A stretch of DNA of 64,000 nucleotides from Tubiluchus corallicola (lineage: Eukaryota; Animalia; Priapulida): the NCBI GenBank assembly GCA_030141605.1, contig JAQGDQ010000420.1, positions 138,709 through 202,708 on the forward strand, written 5' to 3'. A program made the position numbers and the translations under genes. Positions 26,301-37,669 of this stretch are shown piece after piece. Below the pieces are notes generated by a model. It did no database searches and was not told where the DNA came from. It saw only the letters and a program-made list of their open reading frames with translations. Position 1 is the stretch's first letter. Every line of letters begins with the position of its first letter.

Positions 26301-28986
26301 TAACGCCACTTTTGTTATATTGCCAACCTCGCTTAATGCCCACATTTTTGGCAAAATGAAATGCCTATATAGACATAGCCAAGTATGTATTAATGCACCT
26401 CATTATAATGCCCCTTTGTTATATTGCCAACCTTGCTTAATGCCCAAATTTTTGGCAAAACAAAATGCCTATGGTGACAAGGACATGTTTGTATTATTGC
26501 ACCTCGTTATAATGCTTAACTCACTTAATGCCAACTTTTTCTGGAATCTCAAAGTAGGCAGTATAAAGGTTTGACTGTATAATTAACTTGATGAAAATTA
26601 CTTATATCAACACTAAAATTTGTTCTATGAATTGCTATCATGCAGTACATACAATTGTCAACAATTATAAAATTAACAACAAGCTCACAAAATCAAGGCA
26701 ACACAAAACAAGTGAGATACGAAAGAGACTTTCTAAATATTAGAGTTCAGATACCAGCATCTAAAATCCTTGTCACAACTGTAGCATCAAGATCAGGAAC
26801 ATAGCCATCTAACAGTTGAGAGCCATTCCTCATTGGAACTCCAGCTACCATAACACTGTCTTTGATCACTACTGTCTTCCCTAAAAGTTTCCCAGTTGAT
26901 GCTCCCGGAATATCACACTTCCATGCCCTGAAAGTAAGTGAATTGAAACACAGAACATATTGTAGTAGAAAATAAACTTCTCATACTTGCATTAAGAGAG
27001 TGCAGAATAAAAAAAACATCTTCAAATTCAAGATGATTTTATGTATAATTGTATTTCAGAAAGAATACAAACAACAAGGCATTACTGACTGATATGAAAT
27101 CATATTTATTAAGTTCACAAGTTACAATTGTCTAGTTTCATAGATAATAAAACCTCAATTATTCTAAAATTATCCAAATCAATCATTTGAAGCATAATAT
27201 GAAATATAGTACATAAGTTACGAAAAATTATTTTTAAGTTTAGCACAACACTACGTCTTGAAGCCATAATTATCATTTAATTTGGCACTCGACAAGCCGA
27301 GATCCAGCACTTGGCAAAGTTTCTGCTCTGTACAGAAGTGTGTGGCTGGACTGGAACCAATCTCGGAATCAAAATAATCCTTTAAGACACTGGACTAGCC
27401 ACATTTGTCACACTTAACCTAGTATCCAAATATCAGCAGTGATTTATATTAGCTTTTTTTCTTCTAGGCAGGGAGGCAATTTACCAATAAAAGAGTTATT
27501 GAAACCCAAGTAAGCATTTGAAATCTCTTACCAGGCATTGTACGGGTTATTTTCTGGCTTAGGCCTATAGCCAGGTGTCCGTGGATACTTCACTCGAGGT
27601 ATGGGCTCTGTCAGATTAGCTATGATTTGAAAACAGTCAAGCAATCCATCAGCACACTCTACAAAATGAAAAAAATAATTAAAATCTGCTATCAGAAACT
27701 TTCAAATAATTCTACTGTGACTGCAGCCAGCACGCAAGGTATGGGGCAAGATAATATTAAAAACTCAAGTAAACAAAAATTACAGAATGTGGTTTTCAAA
27801 CAACGATGCAACAATACGTACCCGACCTGTGACATGTTACATTTCGAATGTTTCGTTTCCTAAAAATAGCAGTTTTGAAGGGCTATGGTATTAAATTATC
27901 ATGCTACATTTGCATAATACATTTCTTCTTCGTTCAATTCGAGAAGTGTGGCATAGAGCATGCAATAATGCACATGGTGCATGGCCTTGTTACAATTAAA
28001 ATTTTATAAGTTATAGTACCATAGAGCATGCGGGAATGCATATTCCTACGTAGAAATCTTTCAAGATATGCAATGCCAAAATTTAATGTTCTGTACCTTT
28101 GTAGCCCTTCAACTCTTCTTCACTGCAGTTTAATCCATATTTCTCCGATATAGCAGCTAAACGATCAAAACTTGGAGAATTGATTCCTCGCGCTTCCAAC
28201 AATCCTATAACAATAAAAAACTTGGTCATCATCATCATCATTATTATTATTATTATTATTATTATTACAGTGTTCCCTCGCTACTTTGCGGTTCGTTTAT
28301 CGCTGACTCGCTGTTTCGCGGGTTTTCAAAAATATTAATGTAAAATATTTATCGCGGGTTTTTGTGGTACTCCGTCAAAATTACGTATCTAGGTTTAAGA
28401 GTTTAAAACATTTTTGCAACCATTTAAATAAAGTTTTTTTCAAGGTACATGTGCAGTATGGGAAAAGTTATTAAGGGAAAGGGTTATGTATAAGAGTGTG
28501 GGGAGGGTTTATAAAGACTTAAAATAATGTATAACTACTAAAATAAGCATAGCGTCCCTACTTCGCGGAAATTTATTTATCGCAGGTGGGCCTGGAATGG
28601 AACACCTGCGATAAGTGAGGGAACACTGTATTACTATTATTATAATTATTTACTTAATTTACTTAAAAATATTATTCTTTTTCTTGCAAGAAAAAACTAA
28701 AGGTGAAAGAAATCAAGTGGATTGAGTAGGAATCAAATAGTGAACCAATGATGCAATGACTGCCTATAGAAATTAGCATTTCAGTAGCTTGTCTTTGTTT
28801 AATTATAATGAAATTGTGACACACACTTGCGTTTTGCAAAATTTTTCTATCAAGGCCAAAATCTGATCAACAAAGAGAAGGTGACAAAACTTTTTCTACA
28901 TACAGTATTATAAGAAGTTTTAAAACATCTTTTTATAATATTTACTCACTACTGCTTTGAGCACAGGGGTCTTCTGAACAAAACAT
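20319..28986 (-). CDS. Amidase-signature family amidase, 10 coding exons, ~533 aa
   Basis: Minus-strand exons 28986-28950 (least certain), 28204-28097, 27658-27532, 26927-26755, 24913-24774, 24318-24046, 23674-23506, 22794-22732, 22613-22326, 20542-20319. Phases are compatible; total 1602 nt. Motifs: VIKDS (catalytic Lys), [44 protein letters not shown]. Confidence 0.9.
20565..20994. mobile_element. piggyBac-type MITE in the last amidase intron
   Basis: TTAA-CCCTTTCA...TGAAAGGG-TTAA. Confidence 0.8.
25462..25987. repeat. 29-bp minisatellite, ~18 copies
   Basis: Unit CTATAAAGATAGTTCAGTCAGTTATTGAT. Confidence 0.97.
26071..26577. mobile_element. Tc1/mariner-type MITE with internal ~110-bp tandem repeats
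   Basis: TA-CAGTCAAA...TTTGACTG-TA; internal CCTCGCTTAATGCCCACATTTTTGGCAAAAC-containing unit repeated about 4 times. Confidence 0.8.
28268..28628. mobile_element. Tigger-like MITE inserted in an (ATT)n microsatellite
   Basis: TA-CAGTGTTCCCTC...GAGGGAACACTG-TA. Confidence 0.85.
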
Positions 28987-29143
28987 GTCTTCACACACAC
29001 AGTTTAGCAAAACTCCATTACTTCAAACACAGGCCTCAAAGACTAGTATCGTCTCTGCATATGCTTATATGGCTTTGGTACAACCTTTGTACTGTCAACA
29101 AGATTGTTATTGATTTGTTGTACACAAATTCCACGATGACCAG

Positions 29144-29522
29144 TTGCTGTGTTTTGTTTCTCTCGGAAGGCTCGTAGAGAAAACCAGAAAACACGTCATC
29201 AAATTAAACTAGTTTATTAAGCGAGAATTCTACAACACAAAAGTATGAAGGAACGCGAAATGTTTACAGTAGATGTGAAAATCTGGAAAACGTTTAAGTG
29301 TATCTGAAAATACAAGTATACAAGAGAATGTGTAAGTGTGCGTCCGTGTGAATCTGCGTGCATATGTGTGTGTGCCAGAGGCCAGCTTCGCCTTTTATAG
29401 CGTGCCAGGGAACATTCCAGAAGTTTCTTTCTAGAACATTCTACAAGGTAAGATGATAATTCTAATGGAACATTCTACAATGTTCTCTTTAATTCTAATA
29501 GATGCCAGCGATCTCCGCAACA
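29144..29522 (-). mobile_element. Probable solo LTR
   Basis: Minus strand starts TGTTGCGG, carries TATAAAAGG (29391-29399) then AATAAA (29213-29218) and ends ..CAGCAA with the terminal CA apparently lost; flanked by CCAG on both sides. Confidence 0.6.
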
Positions 29523-29564
29523 CCAGTGAAACTTACAGTCTCTGAATAAGATGCACAGTAATCT

Positions 29565-30990
29565 CAAAAGGTTTAGCATGGTACAGATTAAAATGCATGT
29601 CAAAAGATTTAGCATGGTACAGATTAAAATGCATGTCAAAAGATTTAGCATAGCTTAGATTGAAATGCATATCAAAAGATTTAGCATGGTTTAGATTGAA
29701 ATGCATGTCAAAAGATTTAGCATAGCTTAGTTTGAAATGCATGTCAAAAGATTTAGCATGGTTTAGATTGAAATGCATGTCAAAAGATTTAGCATGGTTC
29801 AGATTGAAATGCATGTCAAAAGATTTAGCATGGTTTAAATTGAAATGCATGTCAAAAGATTTAGCATGGTTTAGATTGAAATGCATGTCAAAAGATTTAG
29901 CATGGTTCAGATTGAAACACATGTCAAAAGATTTAGCATGGTTTTGAAATGCATGTCAAAAGATTTAGCATGGTTTAGATTGAAATGCATGTCAAAAGAT
30001 TTAGCATGGTTTAGATTGAAATGCATGTCAAAAGATTTAGCATGGTTTAGATTGAAATGCATGTCAAAAGATTTAGCATGGTTCAGATTATAATGCATGT
30101 CAAAGGATTTAGCATGGTTCAGCATGTCAAAAGCTTTAGCATGATTTAGATTGAAATGCATGTCAAAAGATTTAGCATGGTTCAGATTAAAATGCATGTC
30201 AAAAGATTTAGCATGGTTTAGATTGAAATGCATGTCAAAGGATTTAGCATGGTTCAGATTAAAATGCATGTCAAAAGATTTAGCATGGTTCAGATTGAAA
30301 TGCATGTCAAAAGTTTTAGCATGGTTCAGATTGAAATGCATGTCAAAAGATTTGGCATGGTTTAGATTGGAATGCATGTCAAAAGATTTAGCATGGTTCA
30401 GATTGAAATGCATGTCAAAAGATTTAGCATGGTTTAGATTGAAATGCATGTCAAAAGATTTAGCATGGTTCAGATTATTTATAATGCATGTCAAAAGATT
30501 TAGCATGGTTCAGCATGTCAAAAGCTTTAGCATGATTTAGATTGAAATGCATGTCAAAAGATTTAGCATGGTTCAGATTAAAAGGGCATGTCAAAAGATT
30601 TAGCATGGTTTAGATTGAAATGCATGTCAAAAAATTTAGCATGGTTTAGATTGAAATGCATGTCAAAAGATTTAGCATGGTTTAGATTGAAATGCATGTC
30701 AAAAGATTTAGCATGGTTCAGATTAAAATGCATGTCAAAAGTTTTAGCATGGTTCAGATTGAAATGCATGTCAAAAGATTTAGCATGGTTCAGATTAAAA
30801 TGCATGTCAAAAGTTTTAGCATGGTTCAGATTGAAATGCATGTCAAAAGATTTAGCATGGTTCAGATTGAAATACATGTCAAAAGATTTGGCATGGTTCA
30901 GATTGAAATGCATGTCAAAAGATTTAGCATGGTTTAGATTGAAATGCATGTCAAAAGATTTAGCATGGTTCAGATTGAAATGTATGACAA
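29565..30990. repeat. 36-bp minisatellite, ~39 copies
   Basis: Unit AAAAGATTTAGCATGGTTCAGATTGAAATGCATGTC. Confidence 0.97.
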
Positions 30991-31552
30991 TGCATTATGA
31001 CACATACTAAGCTGCAATATTTAGGTAAATAAGAACACTACTATAAATAAGGAGTGTTTATCCCTAAATTTACAAAACAATTTGATATAGAACAGTAGTT
31101 TGTAAACTTCTAGACTAAACATGATCCTCCTAGTAAGAATTATCAGATCCAGAAAAAATACATACTTCTCAGAATATTATAGAAAAGAATAAATGCAACT
31201 TTCACATATTGGATCACTAAGTAATTTCAAATCAACGAAAAACAGAAACAGAGACAGACAGTCAAACTAAGAAGAAAAACATTCCCTCGCACGACCACTT
31301 CCTGATGTGGAAGACTGCACCAACATGACCGACAACAGTGCAGACAGCCCACACAATTTTTGTACATAATGTACCAGCACATAATTTAAAAGACACCAAA
31401 CAAGTTAATATGCTGCCTCATTAACAAAAGATAAAAATCAGTGCATTTCAACAGTTGAGTAGTTATCCTTATCTCAATAAAAATTTAAATAAGCAAAATA
31501 ATTTAATAATATAACTAATAATGTTACGAACTAGTGCACACTGATTAAAAAA

Positions 31553-31751
31553 CTATTTTTTATCTCCCAGTTGCTCCATGGTATAGGCATAATTTAACAC
31601 AGTGACTTCATCAAAATGTCTGCTGACTATCATGAGTCCCAAAGGAAGTTCGTCTGGTTCTGATAATCCTGCTGGAACCGATAGAGCTGGATACCCGGTG
31701 GAGTTAAAGATGGCGGTGTTGATCCTCGCATCAAAGACATTGCATATGAGT
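31553..31751 (-). pseudogene. Orphan terminal exon of a second amidase paralog
   Basis: NTAIFNSTGYPALSVPAGLSEPDELPLGLMIVSRHFDEVTVL..* aligns with the last exon of the intact amidase. Acceptor TTTGCAG just upstream. No other exons of this paralog were found in the window. Confidence 0.7.
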
Positions 31752-32204
31752 CTGCAAAGATATGACTCAATTTTTAGCCTTCTTTTCAAAGTCTATTACG
31801 GCACATTCAAAATAGCAAGTTTTCTGGTGAGAGTTTTCTTTCTGACAGCAGACTCGAGAGTGTGAACGAGTTACTATCCACAAGTTATTTCAAACTCTCT
31901 GACAGTTGCTGTGAGTTGATTTCTTACGAGCCTAACGCCAAGGCGAGCTACTCTTGACACTTCTCACAGCGAATAAAGACGTCAGTGTCAGCTAGTGCTT
32001 ACTGTCAGAGAGTAATTCGCAGCAAGTTTTGCTCTCTAATTTGAACATGCTTGAAAGTTATTTGGCGACAAAATTTGCTAGTCCGAACATACAGTTAGCA
32101 AGTGATATAAAAACATTACTTTATACTAACAATTTGCATAAATGTTGACAGCTGTAATTATTGATCCATAGTAAGTTAGTAACCAACAATCTGATTAAGG
32201 TTTA

Positions 32205-32382
32205 CATACCAGAAATAGATGTTGTGGTAGGCATCACAAAGATGTTAGAGATCAAGAGGAAGTGGGATCCGGAGAACAGGTTCACGTGTTGGCAGTGTGT
32301 TGGTTATTCAAAAGATGGCGCTAATGCTGCTGTCCCATTACTGTCCATGATGACGTCACTGTTGATTCTCTTGAAACTGTAG
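32205..32382 (+). pseudogene. Fragment of an FAD-linked oxidoreductase (berberine-bridge-enzyme-type C-terminus) with hydrophobic tail
   Basis: LEIKRKWDPENRFTCWQCVG matches the L.IK.KWDP.N.F BBE C-terminal motif, followed by GANAAVPLLSMMTSLLILLKL* (GPI-signal-like). The upstream part appears frameshifted or missing. Confidence 0.6.
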
Positions 32383-32622
32383 TGAAGATATAGGCTGCAG
32401 AGTAGCAAGTGATTGTGACGTCCTACACTTTTAATATTTTCATCATTTGTTTCGTAGGTGAAGCCATAAACTATGCACTTTTTTTGCTTCCCTCAGCCCG
32501 ATTTTCCTTTTTTCGACAAATGGGATAAAGATAAACGAATTTTTCCTAAGAATCACACTGGAACATACACTACACTGAAACTACAATGTACAATAATGAA
32601 GTGATTTGAAACCGAGTCTTAC

Positions 32623-32735
32623 CAATGTAGCTATGCAGTATACCCGTCAGTGACCTGCCCTGGTAGTGACCACCCAAAAATGCTGGCTGCCAGCTGTTGA
32701 CTTATTTCTTTCTCTTTCTTCTTGTCTTTCACATC
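32623..32735 (-). CDS. Unidentified coding exon, copy A (DVKDKKKEKEISQQLAASIFGWSLPGQVTDGYTA*)
   Basis: Acceptor TTTTCTGTAG and donor TG|GTAAG. Differences from copy C in the IFGWSLPGQV core are all synonymous. Confidence 0.5.
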
Positions 32736-32989
32736 CTACAGAAAACAAAAAAACGTCTTAGTAAATTCTCAAGTCTAAAAAGCTAGTACCGTTGTAGTGT
32801 AGGGTTTAGCGTGGCGTCCGGGAGAGAAGAAGACGGAGGTGTGAGTCTCAGTGCAGATGTGAAACTGCTTGAGACTTACTAATTAACATTTTGCTTACAG
32901 CAGAATCTTCTTGATATACACCCGGTATTTATTTTTATTTATTTATTATTAGTCTTCCGTTTTGTTTCTTTAAAAACATCGCACACGCA

Positions 32990-33357
32990 CGGGGCTGGAG
33001 GGTCACAAAACACAGGGCTACATGGTCACGAAGCACAGGGCCAGAGGGTCACGAAGCACAGGGCTAGATGCTCATGAAGCACAGGGCTAGAGGGTCACGA
33101 AGCACAGGACCAGAGGGTCACGAAGCACAGGGCCAGAGGGTCACAAAGCAAAGGGCCAGAGGGTCACGAAGCACAGGGCCAGAGGGTCACGAAGCACAGG
33201 GCTAGATGGTCACGAAGCACAGGGCCAGATGGTCACGAAGCACAGGGCCAGAGGGTCACGAAGCACAGGGCTAGATGGTCACGAAGCATAGGGCTAGAGG
33301 GTCACGAAGCACAGGACCAGAGGGTCACGAAGCACAGGGCCAGAGGGTCACGAAGCT
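32990..33357. repeat. 23-bp minisatellite, ~16 copies
   Basis: Unit GAAGCACAGGGCCAGAGGGTCAC. Confidence 0.95.
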
Positions 33358-34334
33358 TACAGGAAACAAAATCCCCAAACAAAGGAATATTGTGACTCCA
33401 GCGTAAAAAACAAATATAATCCTAACAGATATTGAAGTATTTTACCGTATTATTATGATTACAGAAAGAATTTGTAGTTCATTTGGTATTAAATTAGCAG
33501 ATTATCATATGAATTAAAAACATTTTGGACGAATTTCGTATGTGTACATCACCATGTTTAGTATGTGTGCATTACTATGTTTCGTACGTGTACATTACCA
33601 TGTTTCGTATGTGTATCTTTTGCGAGAATGACATAACTAATACCTTATGATTAAGGGTTATTGAAGGTTACATACTATACTCACGTGTAAAGAAGTACGC
33701 CCTGTAGCAGTGACGTCTCGAGAAAATACCGCTAAGAAGGAAATTATAAGAAATCAAAAGAAACAAGTTTTGCAGTAAGTTTACAATAAAATGAATTGAA
33801 TATTCCTGCTGAGAGTAGGATTTTATGTTGCAAACGCTTACATTATATTGTGGGTTGGTTGACTTTAATTCATACGAGTATTAAAAATAAAAATTTTCAC
33901 AACAGTGTTACGTGAACTAGTATTAATAACTTTTTACGGAATTGTATCTAGATTTTATATGAACAATGAATTGATTCTTAGTTTGAAAAGCCGTTTCTAG
34001 AAGAGCTACAATAATCTTGCATAATTCGATATGCTGGGTACGATTAAATATATCCATGGTCCTTGAGAAAACTGACAATCATCTGCAAAGCCGTACAAAG
34101 ACGTCACGGGAATTACTTGATTTACCGAGGACCCAGCGATGGATAACAAAGACAGCAACAAAATGAACAAATGTCTGAACAGTTTGGTGTTTTTTATTTA
34201 TAAAATGAATCTGAAAGAACTACTCACTGCCTTCCATTCATCATCATCGTCTTCCTTCCTCTCCATCACTAAACTGCAACTCGAACACACCTCCTGATCA
34301 AAAAATTTCGAATGAAAGTTTGTAAACGACTTAA

Positions 34335-34594
34335 CCCATAGCCGACCAAGGTGGAGTAAAAGTTACCCCAGGAGCATTTGCTCACATTTTTATATTGATG
34401 CCTCAACGAAAAATTTTCAACCTAATAGCGATTAAATATTCTTCGATTTGTTATGCAACCATACCTTGGTTTTGTTGAAAAGTATCATTCGTGATTTTTT
34501 ACAAAGCACAAGTACCAGATACTACCTGTCTTGGGGTAAATTAATACTCCGTTTGGTCTTTAGTGTAATATAAATCCCCTTGGTCGACTAAGAG
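34335..34594. mobile_element. TTAA-flanked (piggyBac-like) MITE
   Basis: TTAA-CCCATAGCCGACCAAGG...CCTTGGTCGACTAAGAG-TTAA. Confidence 0.7.
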
Positions 34595-35227
34595 TTAATA
34601 ATAATGACAAGAAAATTGACAATAAATAATTATTAGTCTAATGATAACGATAACAATGCTGAATTGTGAGGTTTAATTGCCATTGCTAGTGTAATGTTAA
34701 TTAATTTAAGGTAGAAGATAAGCTAGACCAGGATAGGACAAGATCAAACACGAACTTGTTATATCCTCTGCTGATAAGTTTGTTTAGCTGGTAAGAAAAG
34801 ACAGACAAGACGAAAGCAAAACTTACTACTCTGTTTCTTCTTCTTATTTTCCTTCTCAGCCATCTGAACAATCTACAACAACAACACCTCCATTTACTCC
34901 CGTATAGCGGTTGCTCCGTCCAAGCCAGTCTAGCCAAGGTGGCTCCATCTAGCTGGAAAATTTAAAGTGTGGGCTTTGACTCAGTTATATTGTCGTTATG
35001 TTGTTCTGTAGTATGTGAATGAACTGTCTTGTGCAAGCTAGCGAAATTTATCAGCCACAGCGATGCAGCGTTAAAAGACAAGAAAAGGGGTACCTGAAGT
35101 AGGTTTGAGAAAAATTGTCTTAAAAAAATTACATTACTTTACAGCAATTTTATGCATACATCGTACTCGCGTTGAAAGGATTTTTTGTCTGTTTTCATTT
35201 TAAATCTCCCACAATACTGTTCCGACG

Positions 35228-35750
35228 GCGCCATTACATGATGTCATATATGCAAACGTAAATCAAGGGAAGAAAAGGAAACGTTAAATTATCTCCCAAA
35301 AAAATTTTCATGCAAATCTATTTTACTTGGCATTTCGCTTACCAGCTGGAAGGACTATGTAATTGGAAATAATAATTTAAAATGTGATTGCGAATTGGTA
35401 AAACGTCACTGACTCACCCTCCAGGGTGCTCTACTCACTAACCAAAAACGTATTTTTAATCTTATTGACAAGAATTTTACTTAGTTAGTGATATGTGTGC
35501 TATGAATGCTCTGATTATTTTTTCAAACTTCACTCAGCGTTATCTAAATTTGTTTCAAATAACTTATCATCAAAATGGCTGCATTTAACGGTCATAGTGG
35601 GAGTTTAAATTTACCTGTTTGATACAGCATGACTGCCGATTCTAGTCCTGTTTGTAAAAAGGACACTATGTAAGTGATATAAAATTTCATGAAGAATTTT
35701 TTAAGCTTAATGATTATGAAGGGTTTTCTTGTGCTTTAAGAACTAATACA
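35228..35750. repeat. Unclassified ~500-bp dispersed repeat (other copies ~16290-16785 and ~50742-51290)
   Basis: Shared blocks such as CCATTACATGAyGTCATATA, ATTATTTTTTCAAACTTyACTCA and TTTGTTTCAAA occur in the same order. Confidence 0.75.
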
Positions 35751-36288
35751 TACTCCCACTGTTACATCTGGTTGACCTTGCCTATCGCTGCCCACCCCTC
35801 TTTGATTAAACTGTTCTGCAAGTTGCATATGTAAATTGTGTAAAAAGCCATGTGTGACTGTTCATGCACAATGCCTTTTGATATGCATGAATAGGTAGTT
35901 TTGCTGTTAGGTTGCCCTGCTTGGAAATATACAAGTTAGTTGAGTGTGTAAAATTGTATCTCATGAGAGTTTTGACTGCTTTTTCATAAGATTCAAGAAT
36001 GTTGCTTATTGTACTGAGTACGCGATTGTAGTATTATGTGACCCATTTAATTGTCAGTCTGCTACACTATAGTACTAAATTAGTCTATGCTGCCATCTAC
36101 AGTCATTGTTTTACTCTAATTGTACAAAGTTTGTCAGAGATTGATTTTTGTTTCTAAATATTGTTTCCTTTTGCTTTTATAGATATTCATTAATCAGAGT
36201 AATTAGGTTGTTAATTTCATGCTTTAATTCTGGTTCTCTCTCTTATTCAAGTTTAAATAGAGAAAAATTAAAACACAGCTTTCTGTAA

Positions 36289-37669
36289 TGTACAACGTCG
36301 AAGCCGATACGGCTAAATCAGTGCAAATCAGATGTCCATGAAACCATCTCTTATCCACGACTTGAACCTTCTTGCATATCCAAGCATCCGTCTTTCTTCA
36401 TCGAGTTTTTCGGCACAGTTGTTGACTAGGGATCTCCATGCAAGACGGTCGTGAACTGCGAAAGGCAGCTTGTCCAACATTCCACCTTTCCTCAGAAAGA
36501 ACTTCACCTTGTCCTTGAAGCGAAGAAGAGGACGACCAACACTGCGAGAGCCACTGGTTAGTTCTCCATGAAGAAGAGCCTTTGTCGGTCTCTTATCGTT
36601 CATTCTGACCACATGCCCAAACCACCGAAGTTGAGCCTTAGTAAGCGTAACCTCGATATCTTCCATCTTGGCACGAGCCAGCACGTCTTCGTTTGGCACA
36701 TAGTCGTCCCAGTGAATACGAAGGATGTGACGCAGATGTCTCTGCTGAACCGCACGAAGAGACCTGACCTGATCTTGATAGAGCGTCCACGTTTCCTGAC
36801 CATAGGAAAGCTGCGGAATGATGCAATGCATGTACACCTGCAGTTTAGTGGCGATGGTAAGGTCATGGTTATCGAAGACACGTTTCCTCATACGGCCGAA
36901 AGAGCTGGCTGCAGCATTAATTCTTGCATGAAGCTCAGTATCCAATCGAGTATCTGAGCAGATGTAACTTCCGAGATATTTGAACCGTTGCACACTTCCA
37001 AGCTGTTCTCCGTCAATGGTAAAATTGACACTGTCGCTAGAGCCGACACTCATTGTCTCAGTCTTCCTTTTGTTAATGCGCAGTCCCATTCTCTTTGCAG
37101 TTTCATTGTAAATGTCGATGAGATCCTGAAGGTCTTCCGGGTTGTCAGAGAAGATAGCTATGTCATCGGCATATTGCGCTTCACGCAGGAACATCATTCG
37201 TGTCTTCGTCCTTGCTTTGAGTCGACGTAGGTCAAAAATGTCTCCATCATATCTGAATCGAACATGAATGCTCTTCGTCGAGCCAAGTCTGCCGAAGGCT
37301 ACCTGCAAAAGGACTGCAGCGAAAAGTCCGAAAAGAGATGGAGCTAACTTGCAGCCTTGTTTCACACCGCTGTTGTATTCTACAGGATCACTAAGCTGGC
37401 CATTGACAGAGAGACGCGCTAGCATATCAGTGTGTAGAGCTTTTACCATACTTGTAAATCGATCCGGGCATCCACACTTTGAAAGCACCTTGTACAGCAA
37501 TTCGCGATTGACACTGTCAAAAGCCTTTGTAAAGTCGATAAAGGCAATATGCATTGATGTTCTATGCTCTCTCGTTTTCTCCATCAGCTGACGAATCGTA
37601 AAAATACCATCAATGGTACTGCGATCCCGTCGATACCCTGACTGGGACTCTGGGTAGATACGCTCCAGA
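36289..37669 (-). mobile_element. 5'-truncated RTE-clade LINE with uninterrupted reverse transcriptase ORF
   Basis: ORF 37683-36328: PESQSGYR, FIDFTKAFDSV, GVKQGCKLAP, YADD, FKYLGS, LRWFGHVVRM, RSVGRP. Short 3' UTR with AGCCG-TAT-CGGCT stem-loop. 9-bp TSD TTTCTGTAA at 36280-36288 and 37670-37678. Confidence 0.92.

Noticed and set aside
29533-31010. Repetitive ORFs on both strands as a repeat protein or extra amidase exon
   Set aside because: A by-product of the 36-bp unit and broken by indels. The nearby minus-strand donor (~29536) has the wrong phase for amidase exon 2.
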